From Ruditapes philippinarum (taxonomy: Eukaryota), in assembly GCF_026571515.1 (NCBI RefSeq), contig NW_026866770.1, positions 310,001-374,000 of the forward strand: 64,000 nucleotides of DNA. Direction: 5' to 3'. The notes below the pieces were generated by a model. The model was given only the letters and a program-made list of their open reading frames with translations. It made no database searches and was not told the origin of the DNA. This document shows positions 37,825 to 51,100 of this stretch, piece after piece (the stretch's first letter is position 1; every line of letters begins with the position of its first letter). Both the position numbers and the translations under genes were made by a program.

Positions 37825-38061
37825 TGAGCCGCGTCATGACAAAACCAACATAATGGGTTTGCGACAAGCATGGATCCAGACCAGCCTGCACATTCGCGCT
37901 GTCTGATCAGGATCCATGCTGTTCGCTATCACTTTCTCTACTTGTTATAGGGTTTGTAAGCGAACAGCATGGATCCTGATCAGACTGCGCGGATGCGCAG
38001 GCTGGTCTCGATCCATGCTGGTTGCAAACCCATTATGTTGCTTTTGTCATGGCGCGGCTCA
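37825..38061. mobile_element. Palindromic MITE copy 4
   Basis: TGAGCCGCGTCATGAC...GGCGCGGCTCA. Confidence 0.9.
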
Positions 38062-38427
38062 TATGTATTTGGTATGTCATAGTATACACATAAATTTCCA
38101 CTACGAAGCATTGCACCTTAATTTAGACATTATTTGAAAGATATACAAACAATATCTTGTAAAAAGAGTAAATATTCCTTTAATACTTTGAAGAAAAGAG
38201 ACAGATTTAAATATGATAATCTTAATGCTGCGTGTGATAAATGCTTAAATGTTATAGTATTGTGTCCCTTTAACTTTTCCTCAGGTAACCCATGTAACCT
38301 CTATTTGTCATTTACTAAACCGGCGTTACCTCATATAAGTGGCAGTTTAGGAATGACAAATAAAGGGCCACGGCTTTACCTCATATAAACGACCCCTTGT
38401 GGCGGAGGGGTTGCTTTTACGGATTGA

Positions 38428-38625
38428 GGCATCAGAATTGCCGCTATCGTTTAACCCTGTGTGATCATAAGAGGCGACTAAATCGGTTCGAATTTCTTGA
38501 GTCTATGAATCTCTTATGCAGTTGCTTTTAGTTTTTAACAAAAGAGGTTAGCCAAATCATCGTTCGTATTTCGGTGCCATATGACCTAAACTGTGTCGAT
38601 GCGCCGTAAAACCAAAAAACAACAA
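38428..38625 (+). mobile_element. SINE-like retroelement with TAAGAGGCGACTAAAT core
   Basis: Homologous to 51148-51385; shares the GCCATATGA...GTAAAAC tail. Confidence 0.6.
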
Positions 38626-39505
38626 CCTCATATAAATGCTTAAATCAAAATTATCTGCTAACTTTAGGTATTATATGACACTAGTGTATCTATGGTATAC
38701 CGGAAAATAAATATAATAATGTATTTTTGTGCGTTATTGTACAAATGTACAAATAAATATCGAAAAAACACACAAAATAATCGTCTGCAGTCAATCTCTC
38801 GAATGGTCTAGAGAAGCATAGACTTTCTTGCATATATATAAGATGTACTAAGATGTTCATAACTTGTTTGGGACAAGGCTTGGGTATGTTTATGAACTTC
38901 ACAGTATGTAGCTGAGATCTACTTAGACTAGGTTTAACTAGGTTCGTGAGATATATGATAAGACTATGTTTGAGTATGCGTATCAGCTGAATATGTACAT
39001 GAGATGTACTAAGGCTATGTCGAAGTATGTTCATGAGTTGTACTGGGATAAGGTACGGGTATGTACATTAGGTGTACTTGGTTATGTTTGATTTCATGTA
39101 CTAGAACAAGGTTTAAATATTTTCATGACCTGTCATTTGACTTGGCTTCAGTATGTTCACGAGTTGTATGAAAAACACAAATTGCCCGGATGTGAGTAGT
39201 ATTTATAACTCGTAAAACATCATAATAACCATTCCAATTTGAATGATTGATATTATTTTGTAAAATGCAAAATTGCTTTTTTTTTGTTAAGGTCTTGTAT
39301 AATGCAAATACTTTATTCATGTGTTTGTGTTTTGTTATGTGTAAACCAAATAAATGATTGTTGACGAATAAAAAGAAAAAGTTATTATTGTAAGCCCCTT
39401 GACATAACTTTATAACAACGTCTGTAACCAAAGGCATGCTATAATTTAACGTGACACTAGTCATTGTGTTAGAATTTTACTTTAAGCAGTTATAAATATT
39501 AAACA

Positions 39506-39720
39506 GGGGAACGATGGCAAGGACTTGTGGTTAGGGTGTCTGCCTCTCAACCCATGGATCATGGGTTCGAGCCCTACTCGGGTGACGACCATGTTTCTTC
39601 TTATGACACCAGTACTGGCTGGTTCTAGGAAGCGGACTCGAAAGTGCTAAATATATAGTGTGGTACTATAGTGTTGCAAGAACTTGTTTCGCAATCGAGC
39701 TTAAATAAATGTGTTAAAAC
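39506..39720 (+). mobile_element. tRNA-derived SINE
   Basis: A-box-like TGTGGTTAGGGTG and B-box GGGTTCGAGCCC followed by a non-tRNA body. Confidence 0.65.
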
Positions 39721-40599
39721 TATAAATACTTGTAATATAAGATCAGATAATCTTTATAAAAAAAATAACATCTATGTTCTTGAATTCCAATTAAGGTACA
39801 TGTAACATATTTATACCGTCGTTATTTTCCAAAACAACATGTTCCACTGTTGTATGTTCTGTTACTGTTTTAGTTTAATCTTCACATTCTCTGCGAACAT
39901 AATTTTATTCATGTGCTGTGTTCCAAGTTAACATATTTATACCTTCGTTACATTCAAAAACAACTTGTTTCACTGTAAAGTATTCACTACCTGTCTGTTT
40001 TAATTTTACAATTCAACGTCTGTTTCGTGTTCTCTACGTGTTGCGTTCCAATGTGACATGTATATTAATGGCGTCGTTACATTTCAAAATTTATTTTTCC
40101 ACTAGCAATGTTCAGTAACTATTTATTTCCATTCCTTAGTTTTTCATGTTCCAGTGGACATAATTGGGTAAAAAGAATCAATATTTTCAAATGAACAATT
40201 TGTTGAAACAACTTGTTTTACCATCAATGTCCAGCAACTGTGTTCTTTTATTTCTACATGTTCCTCACCAAGATATACTTCCAATTGTTATGTAACAAGG
40301 AAACACATACTTGTGCTGTGCCGCCGTTTTTCAAAAAAAATTTATCCGCTTTCGTTTTTTTCCGCGCAAATATAATTTTATCTAGGTGCTAATGGAGGAC
40401 ATTTCTATACCGTCAGTATCATCCTCAACAATGTGTTTTTATTTCTGTATTTAGCTCCCTGTTTTGGCATTTAGATCTATATGCCTATTACTTTTCTTTC
40501 GTCATCATGCCCAAATTACACGTTTTTCTTCCATTCAAATTGTTTTAATTTCAGTCTAAGTTTCTATGTGTTGCTCGCAAAAAAAAAAAGATGTTTCCA

Positions 40600-41030
40600 G
40601 TTGTTCAGTATACGTAACTGTTGTTCCAAACATGACATTTTCAATAATTGATTTTTCAGATAATAATATTTCCTGTAACTAATCTCCAAATATGATATTT
40701 CCAGTAAGTGGTGTTGGTATTTCTAGTAAGTGCTGTTCCAAATATAATATTTCCATAAGCTGATGCTCCAAATATGATATTTCTGGGAACTGTTCCTCCG
40801 AATTTGACATTTCCAGCAATTTCTGTTCCAAATATAATATTTTCGGAATAATTATCGATGTGTAAAATACGATTTTTCTCCAGTAACTTATCGATATTCC
40901 AAATAGGATTTAACTGAAGATTCCGATATGACATTTCCAGAAACTGCTGCTCCAAAAATGATAAAATCAGTAACTGGTCGATGTTCCAAAATTAAGTGAT
41001 GTTCAAAATGATATTTATCTGTCACTGATG
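40600..41030. repeat. Degenerate ~30-40-bp tandem repeat (CCAAATATGATATTTCCAGTAACTG-like)
   Basis: Recurrent TCCAAATAT(A/G)ATATTT motif. Confidence 0.65.
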
Positions 41031-41228
41031 TTTTTAAACCGGAGTGTCTTGTAAATATTTTTTTTTATTTTCCATTGATGGAATAACGTTTTAAAATGAT
41101 TCATTTCCAAAATCAAATCAATAATTTAATTGTCTTCCCTACACGGTAAATTGTTAAAACTATTCACCCGTTGTGAAAGGAGAAGTAATGTTCGGAATTA
41201 TGTTGCATATTATTAAATCGTGTTACAT

Positions 41229-41792
41229 TTAGAAATCTGACATATGATGGCTGTATTTTAAAATTCCTCTTCTTCCCGGGACCTTGGAAGAGGATGAGGA
41301 TGCCTCTATTCGAAAAGCAGATGTATCCTGAACACCGACTTCTGTTTTATCCTCTGAATTGTTGCCTTTTTCGTCAGCAAAATCTACATTTCTTGTACTT
41401 GGCTTATATTCAACGCATGAATTGCTGTAATTAGTGTCACCGTCTGGTTTGGCATTGAACCTATTAATTGGTATCCATCCTTGAACTTTGACATATTTGT
41501 CGTCTGTTCTGAATTCGTACTTAGAATATTTATACTCGGGTCCAGGTTTCCGAACTCGTTTGTCTGTTGCATATTTGTACAGACTCATGAAGCCAGATAT
41601 ATCAAGTTGACAGGAGTTGATGTCCTTCTCGAAAAAGACGCCAAATTCATTTCGTGGTACGCAGAAGTATATTGTGTCGATTAGATTAGGCTTATAGGAT
41701 ACGGACGTCAAACTGTTAGCTATGTACGGAGTCCAACGGTCAGCCTGATTATTAGGTATGCAACAAAATATTTTCCAAAGATATGAGCACAT
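41229..41792 (-). CDS. Intronless orphan protein, 187 aa from the first ATG (MCSYLWKIFCC...), with RVxF-like and GILK motifs
   Basis: Long stop-free frame (726 nt in the ORF track) in AT-rich DNA, non-repetitive, CAAA-ATG Kozak context, head-to-head with TM9SF4. No homolog recognised. Confidence 0.6.
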   Translation of the reverse strand: MCSYLWKIFCCIPNNQADRWTPYIANSLTSVSYKPNLIDTIYFCVPRNEFGVFFEKDINSCQLDISGFMSLYKYATDKRVRKPGPEYKYSKYEFRTDDKYVKVQGWIPINRFNAKPDGDTNYSNSCVEYKPSTRNVDFADEKGNNSEDKTEVGVQDTSAFRIEASSSSSKVPGRRGILKYSHHMSDF

Positions 41793-42135
41793 TTTGTATG
41801 GTTTAGATCTACCTGCAATGTATTTTCCTACAGCGTTCTGTTTTGCGATTGTCTCTATGAAACTTTGTAACGACGTCAATGACGCCGCATTGACGTGGCT
41901 GCCAATGCGAGGTAATTTCCCCCTAGATTTCAGCGTCGAATGTAAATAAAACAAAAATAATTAGATAAATAGTATTTAATTGACCGCCAAGCAAAGGAAA
42001 CCATGCCAGGAATTTGTGTTAAATGATTCGTAAATTGAAGCTTGTAAGTTGCATACTTTAACAAGGAAAAGTAAAAATATAGCGGTGTTCAGGATTAAGC
42101 ACTTTCATGACTGTGAAACACCACAACACCGTTTA

Positions 42136-42171
42136 TGACGTCACCACCTCCACGTTTGATACAAGATGGCG
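42136..42171 (+). promoter_or_regulatory. CRE palindrome TGACGTCA (42136-42143) and YY1-type CAAGATGGCG overlapping the TM9SF4 start codon
   Basis: Exact consensus matches in a housekeeping-promoter position; further TGACG half-sites at ~41872-41898. Confidence 0.65.
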
Positions 42172-45100
42172 ACGAAGGTTGTATTTTTTGTAATTAATTA
42201 GGAAATGTCAAAATATATTGACATTTAATTTTCAACTATTGTTTTGTTATGTTTTTAAATGAAAGCCTTTGTAAAAGTTTTGAATGCACTAACTAAGTTA
42301 ACATGTTGCTTTTTCAATAACGAGTAGGTATAAGGAAATTAAGACGATATTTTTAGGTTAACCATTCACACAAATAAAAATTTATCTTTGTAAATTTATT
42401 TAAATTGTAATTAAATACTTTGTTTACAGCAAAACACATAATTTACATAAATTTGATAACAAACGTTTTGCAAAATAAATTTTAAATTCACTTTCACTTT
42501 TAGAAATTTGAATAAAATTGTAACTAATTTTCAATTTCAAACACACAGTTTAAATTTTAACTGATAATTTGACTGAAACAGTTGCTAGCAAGTTTACTGG
42601 TTGGGGACCACCAAAACCGGACAACCACCAAACCCGGACGGCCCCGAAAATGCTTAATTTAGTATTTTCTTTGTTCAATGATTGTCATTCACTTTTTTAT
42701 CAACAATAAGTGCATGTTTATTTTAAAATTAAGTAAATAAATTTATTTCAACCTCCGTAAATATTAATATTTTAATGTCTATTTCAAGAATGTTGACGTT
42801 GAAATTTGGGGGTCAAGAAAACAATGCCTGACCTTATATACCAGCTATAATCATTTGCAGAGTGAATAATAGAATATCCAAAACTTCAGCACTTGTTGCT
42901 GACATATTGTATATCATGTTAAAAATCAAAAATCAAAACACCCAAGCTTTTATCTGAATTAAATCAGGTCATGTACATATCTGTCGGGACACATGGTACT
43001 GTAGTGTAGACAATTTAGGTAATTTTGATACCCTCTTTGTCGAGCCTCAGATATATGTGTCAATAAAATCAGAAATAAACAAACTAGTTTGTTAGTTAGG
43101 AGAAGAACCTAGCTGAACTGTGTCAAATGTTTTGGTCTCTAGGTTAAAAATTATGAAATCTGTATGGAAAAATGTTCCAAAAGTGTCCGGTTGATGGTCT
43201 CCGACCAGTAAACAGTTTATAGCACTCTTAGATAAATTGTATGAAATTCTTGAAATTAATTGAAATCAATAAAAAATTTATGCGTCTAAATCGCGTACCT
43301 GTCTAAATCTAACTAGAGCAATACGTCAGTACAAAAGTGGAGACAGCTTGTGTTAGGTTATGTACAAATCTCGCTCGGGCACATTCCAATCAAACCGGTA
43401 TCCATTTAACAATGCATTCAAAGCTCTATAAAATGCACAATTTATACATAACTTAAAGCACAAGCTTTGTTTCAGATTTTCCATCATTAAATGTAAACAA
43501 ACAGATCATGAGAATTTTAGTTGTCTACTTCAATGGCGAATTTTCTGCAAACTACAAAATTGTAGTCATTTTGCCTTTATCTCTACTTGAAGATACAAGC
43601 GGATAAGTGAAATGTTTGATCCCAGAAGAAATACCAAATGATAGAATGACACTATTAAAATATAAAAAATGTTAAATAAAAAATGAACAAACTTTTTTAC
43701 CTGACTTTCCCTTTTATAGGCTTAGCCTAAAAATAATTTCATATTATTGTAATTGAACTAATTCTGTAAACAACCACAGAAATTCAACTGATTCATCTTG
43801 TCAATAACAGTGCTGTAGATAACCATTGTTTTATTGATAATTTGTTTTGACAAAATGATTTTGTTTTAAATAAGAATTGAAAATTAATATATGTATTACT
43901 ACAAGCAGACCTAATCTTAGTAAGATTGACAACTCATTCGAATTGGTAAAATTTGCACCGAATTTTGTTCTTGCTTATAAGTATTCCAGATATGAAAGTT
44001 TAGTTTTTCTTAATAAATGTCAAATGGCGTCAAAATAAAGTATTTTTGTTGTTTGATATATATTGGATTAGCTGGGAAAAATCTACATTTGCAGAGTTCC
44101 AGATAAATCTATTAAACCCTTCAAAGTATAAGTTTAAAGTAAACATTTTGAAAATAACAAGTTTTTGCTTTATTTCAGACTCTGCTGTTAAACATCTTTA
44201 TAGTGAGTGTACAGGTCTGGTGGTGTAAGGGCTTCTACATACCAGGGGTAGCACCTGTAGAGTTTATCAAAGGTCAAGATGTAGATGTTAAAGTAAGTAC
44301 ATTTACTATAATTATATGTTTGCAATGATTGTGGTAGCTTTCGTGAAGGAATATGATATTAACTTTATTAAGTAGCCATTTCTTTTGCTTGTTTTTGTTT
44401 GAAGCATTGAGTTAATCAAATATCAATTCAGATCAAATAACTTTATATGTGTTCCATGGCCTCAAGGTCTTTTTTGATAGTTTTGGAGTAATTAACTTCT
44501 CCATTCTGGCTTGTGTTTTTCAAAATATAATGTTTTTTCTTCTTCACCTATGTATAATGTGACTTCCAATGTGAGAGACTTTGCAGTCTCTGATCCCCTA
44601 AAGTCCTGCTACGACCAAAAATGGGTCACCTGAAGAATATTTATAACGGGAAAACAAAGACTAAATATTACTGTTGATATTTTCCATTAATACATATACA
44701 TAAAACACAAGCTTCCTTAATGTGGTCATATCACTTGTAGTTATTAATACATATAAATCATAGATACTTTTATAAAAATTCAACTGAAAAACGTGATCCC
44801 TGATCTATGGCTGTTAAATATTATTTTCAAGGTTTTTTTTTTAGGGGGAAAACACACACTTTTTTAATGGGGGAATGACGCCCATATTTGGCCCCAAATT
44901 TTACTCAATGAGAGCCCTGCCCAAAACATATACATAATGTAAAATTTCAAAAACTGTTCTGTCTTTAATGTATTCAGACATTTGCTTCTGAATCTGAATC
45001 ATTACAGAAAAGTAATTATAAGTTGTAGTCCTCGGTTTATTTGAAGTAAATAATCCCCGATGATATTAATGATAAAATATTTCAAACTATGTTTCTTTTT

Positions 45101-48100
45101 CAGGGCGTGAAATTAACTAGTGTACGGACCCAGCTTCCAATGGAGTATTACAGGGCACCATTCTGTGAACCTGAGGGTGGTGGCCAGTACAAGCCCGAAA
45201 ATCTAGGTAATTATAATGATGTCAATAATGCTGGGTTTAAAAATGTATGTTAAAAAGTACTTAAAGCGCTACTTTTTTCTGCAGAGCAAGTTTTCTGTGC
45301 AAAATTTGAATTGACAAGAAGTTATGGAAAATATTTAATTGCTACTTGGTATGAAATTTGATAGTTTTGTAAAAAAAAATATTTTTGTGGGTTATTAAAT
45401 TCCAGGAATGTTTATTTTTCCAAAACAGTAAAATATAAAATAATGCGATACAAAATAATCTTACAGCGGACAAAATGAAATTTTTTGGATCTTTAATTCT
45501 CGGATTGACCTATCCACAGAAACCACAAAAATTAGTGCCCCATGAATTATGATGATTTTGCAGTTTCTCAGTGTATTATAGAAATCTTTTGATGTCTTAA
45601 CATCAATATATTTAATGCAACAGCTGTTGCCAGATAGCCTATTATATAAAGCATTAAAACAGTTTACAATATTTTGAATTGTTTTGCTTCAGATCTGTAT
45701 TAAAATGGTATATTGACTGTGATAAATGATACTGACATATGATATATTTCTGTTGTCTCACAGTCTGGTGTCAGTGTTGGTAATAGTTTATGTTGTTGTA
45801 CATATAAGGGTATCTTTTAAGATAAATGAGTGGTTTACATAAAAATGCTTTTTAAGCAGTTAAAATTTCTCTTAAAATTGTGCCAAAATGAACAATTTGC
45901 ATGTTGCGACTTGGATTTTTGCCAAATTTAAGCCAAATAAAAAAAATGCAAAACCAAAATGAAGCTCTAAACTAATTTCTTCTGTTTTACCACTGCTTGC
46001 ACCAAAAACAAGAAGCATTTTCCACCAGGGCAAATTTTACATGACTACATTTTACATTTTTCTTGATATCCCTAAAATTGATGATGGACAGTTCCAAAAA
46101 TGAATGTTGGACCAGTCCAATTGAGAAGTAAGCTAAGCAGGTTATGGGTTAGTCATGTGACATTAACATTTATATATGATTTATTTTCTGGTTACAGGTG
46201 AAGTTCTTAGAGGAGATAGGATTGTTTCAACAGCTTATAAGGTACGTAGAGCTAGGACATTACTGAATATGAATGCTGAAGAAAAAAACTTTACCCTTTA
46301 AGAGGGAACTTGAATCAAACTTCTGAAGTTTATCACATGAAATAATCTGATTTGAACCAGAAACAAAATTGTTTTTAATATGAAAATTAGTAATTAAAAG
46401 CAGTCATTTAGAAAGAGTGTTAATAGTACTCTGATATTGGAAACAGACACTGTATTTTATTCCATAATTTGTTAATATCTTAAACATCATTTCATATCAT
46501 AATGTAAAATTCTGTACTCTACATAAGTAACAGTACTTTTTCACAGTAAAAATCTGAGAAATAAAAACCAATAGAAACTGTGTCCCAGTGAAAACATAGG
46601 TATATTATCATTTTCAGTATCTTATGTTCATGGTACCTAAATAAAATAAAAAAGATTGTAATGGTTTTAAAGCTGTCAGTTTTAAACTCGTATCATTTAT
46701 AAATCAAATGTGTGTATGATAAATTTTCATACAGATCAAAGCATTGGAGGATCAGACCTGTAAATTACTGTGTACGGGTGACAAACCCAGCCAGCTGTCA
46801 CTGAAACAGGCTAAAATCCTCATTGACTTGATAAAGAACGATTACTATGTGCATCTGTAAGTAACTTATAACCAAATTCATTGTATGCCAGTTAATACTC
46901 TGCTGAATTATTATTATAAAATATACTGTTTTATAGACATAAATATATGATGTGATAGAAAAAAATGCTTTGTTATGAAGTTGCTGGCATTATGACAACT
47001 TACATAATGGGTGATTATATGAGTTAACATTAATTATTTTTTAGAAAATTTCAAGAATTCGTGAATTCATTAAGTGTATTTTAGTAAAGAGAATATCACA
47101 GGCATGCTACAATGTACCGCATGTTAATTTAAAGTTGTATTGTACAAATTGTAACTGACTGAAAAATAAAAATCAACCTTAGGTGGGATTTGAATTTGGG
47201 ACACTCGTACATCTGAAGTGGACACTAACATGGCACTGTAAAGCTATGAACTATAAGCACACATTTATATTATACCATACATTATATTTCATTTGCCGTT
47301 ATTCTTCTAGGTTGGTTGACAATTTACCGTGTGCCACAAAGTTTGCTTTAATTGATACACAAGAGATCCAATACGAGCATGGCTATAGACTTGGTTTTGA
47401 GAAGGATGGAAAGGTAAAAGATGTTATCTGGAACTCGGCAATTTTTTTTGTCCAAACTGACCCGTAGGTACAAACAAAGTTTTACCATTATACCTTCACA
47501 GTGCACTTCGGGTCATAATAGATTAGTCAACCTGTTGTGCTTATTTTCGAAGCTATAACTGTAAAAGGTTTGTTTGTACCTACGGATTAGCTGGGGGAAA
47601 AAAACAAAATATTCTTAATTTTGGAGTTAGTCTATTGTTAGGACAGTGTGCATTTCATCATGCTTATGAATATTTAATGAGAGATGATTAATGAATGTGA
47701 AATGTTGAAAAGTATAAGAAATTGAAAGCACATTAAGTGAACTGAAAATCACAATAAGTAAATGACCAAATTCCAATTGAATAATTTGATGCTGTTATTG
47801 CAGATTTTGCATTTTAAAGTACTTGTTTCTATGTTGAGTTCTAAGTTGGAAGTAGTTTTGTTTGACTGATGTAAGGAAAGTAAATGTGGTAACTGGCATA
47901 TTTTTATGTGTTCTGAATAAATGGAGCTAATCTTTTAGTGTAAGCTTTATAAATAGGTAATGCATTATGATAGGCTTTCATAGACATTTTGTTTTGTACA
48001 TCATAACATGTAATATAACATGTATAAATTGCTTAAAATTGAAATATAAATGTCCTTGGATTCATTTTAAAGGATTTGCATCAAATAAGACACACTTTAA

Positions 48101-51100
48101 GGCAAACATTTAAATTTGTTATTTTTTTCTTGTATTTTTACAGGCTTACTTGAACAATCATTTGAAGATTTTATTGAAGTACCACTTTGATGTTAGTAGG
48201 TAAGTGCAATTAATGGTCTTAACATGCTGGAACTGAAAGTGATTACCATTTGCCACCAGTATAGATTCTGGAAATTTTGTTTAGATTCATTATTGGCATG
48301 CATGTTTTAATTACTTATTTTACCTACTGAAAGCCATATATTCATTTCGGTTGAACAGAGTTTAACTTTTAGCAAGACAGATAAAATGACAAATTCAGTC
48401 TATTTTTTTGTACTGTAAAAGTCAAATTCTGACTTCCTAACTTTACCTTAGACAACAGGTGCCACTTTGTGCAAGAGCGAGCATCTGAGTAGAATCATCA
48501 ACATTTTGTATGCTATTTAGATAGCTTCATCTTAATAAAGAATGAAAGGATAAGATCCAACGGCAGTGAGATGTAATTTAATTTTAAAGATAAATAAGGC
48601 ATAAAACACTAGATTTTGCTGATATATACAATAACAAATGAAAATTATTTGAGCCGCGTCAGACAAAACCAACATAGTGGGTTTGCGACCAGCATGGATC
48701 CAGACCAGCCTGCGCATCCGCGCAGTCTGATCAGGATCCATGCTGTTCGCTATCAGTTTCTGTACTTGTAATAGGGTTGGTAAGCGAACAGCATGGATCC
48801 TGATCAGACTGCGCGGATGCGCAGGCTGGTCTGGATCCATGCTGGTCGCAGACGCACTATGTTGGTTTTGTCGTGACGCGGCTCAAATTATTCCTCTTTT
48901 ATTGCAGCCAGACAAACAGAGTAGTTGGGTTTGAGGTAGCCCCAGAAAGCCGTTCCGTAACAGATTACGAGGTCAAGGATGGTGCATGTTCAAGTAAAGC
49001 CAGTCTTGCTAAATCGGACCCATCTCCTCTGCTTGTAGAGGCTAAAGGTAAATAAATTATTTTCTGTTATTCTGTCAATATGTTGTTCTGTTCTGAAGTT
49101 ATGTTCATATATTTATGTTCACAGAAGGAACTCATGTTATGTTGTATTTACAAAAAGAAATAGAGGATATTCAAGATTTTTCTATAAATACATGATTTGT
49201 TTTCATCGAGTGGTATGAAAATAAATATTTCATGAGTGGCGGTAGCCACGAGTGAAATATGGTAATTTTCATGCCACAAGTTGAAAATAAATCATGTATT
49301 TATAGAAAAAACTTGAATTTTCTGTTTATTATATACATTTTTCTCTTTTTGACATTAAAATTTTAAAGACTTTTCCTTAAATTTTGTGTACCGGTAGAAT
49401 ATAAAAGAAAGTAGTCCGGCAAGACACCAGTGAAAATACGGAAAATATGTTTCACTGCAGTGAAAAATAAATTTTTACAGTGAAAATACGGAAAATGAAA
49501 ATACGCATTTTATTTCATGAATATTTCTCAATATTTCATTTATAAGTATATAATAAACCAATTTATTTTCATAATTATAATTTATAGTTTTGTTTACAAA
49601 AGAAAATGAAGCTATGTTAACATATTTATTTTTACATATCTATATTTTTGAGAGAAAAAAAACCGGTTATTTTCAAATATTCATGTTTAAAAAAGAAACC
49701 AAAGTGGTGTTTTTCATATTATTTGTTCACTGAAATAACCCAAGTAATGTCCATATAATAATACATGTATATTAATGTTAACATGTGGAATCCAAAATTA
49801 TGTTCACATACTTAAGTAAACAGGAGGAACCAAAATTATGTTCACATATCTAAATTTTAAAGAAGAAAGCTAGATTATGTTCACATGTAAATATATTTAT
49901 GATTACAGAAGGGACAGAGGTTATGTTCACATATGAGGTACACTGGGAGCAGAGTGATATAATCTGGGCATCAAGATGGGACACGTACCTGGCTATGAGT
50001 GATGTACAGATACATTGGTTCTCCATCATCAACTCTGTTGTTGTTGTCTTCTTTCTCTCAGGTTAGTGATATACTGACTCACACGCTATATAATGTTCTA
50101 AAATCTGGAAAAAGTGTGATCTCTTGGAAGCATGATTAATCACAACAAAATTACATGAAAACTGCAGATGTGCTTTGATTTATTCTGTATTTATGGAATA
50201 AAAAAAGAAATAAAATGCAACATCCCTCACACCCCCTAGCACCGGCTTGAGCGGTACACAATTTTCAATACTTAAAAGTGCTGGAATCAATGATCCCCAA
50301 GGACCAAAACTGAAGTGAAGAATGGGGCAAACTTTTAACAGCTGCCACACGGCACTTGTCACTTGCTCTTGTGAAGTATACAAATATTGAAGAAGGATGA
50401 TCCCTCGAAAGCATTAATCACAATAAAATTGCATGAAAACTTGGTTTGATTGAGTCTGTACATGAGGGATAATGAATAAGTACAAAAGAAGGTACTGAGA
50501 GCTTTGGAATCTGGACAGTTATTAAAATTGCTGAATGCAAATGATTTTATAGAACAGATGTATATGGAATTATAACAACAGTAAAATATGTTGCAACACT
50601 TTTCACCCAACACAGGCTAAGAATAGAAAATAATATGATTTTCAAGTCATTTCTGGGTATAGTTCTTAATGATATTTTGCTTGTTGTTTTGTTTTTTTAG
50701 ATGCCCCAGTTGGTCTTTGTAAGAAATTCAAATGTATTTTATATTTTTGGGCTTTTGGACCTCAACGGAATACCTCTAAGTTTTGAAATATCATTGTATT
50801 GCAGGTATATTGACTATGATTATGATCCGAACATTGAGAAAGGACATTGCAAAATATAACAGAGATGAGGATTTGGTAAGTGTATTAACCCTTGATATCC
50901 TGAATTTCTTAAATGAACTTGTCCAGCTTCCATTTGTGGAACTTTCCATTATCATTTTTTGGCGACATCAAGATGAAAATATTAAGTAAAACAGGGGACA
51001 GTATAGAGTTTGGTCAGACTGCATGGATATGTAGGGCTGGCCTGGCTCTATACTGGTGGCAAAGGCAAATCACGTGTTTACGGTTGCTGACTTCAAATCA

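Noticed and set aside
40656-40955. ORF with NIIFG repeats
   Set aside because: Reflects a degenerate ~30-bp DNA repeat; non-ATG start and no other coding evidence.
41793-41954. N-terminal 54-aa extension of the 241-aa ORF
   Set aside because: Begins at TTG and overlaps promoter-like elements. The first ATG with good context is at 41792, though a spliced upstream exon cannot be excluded.
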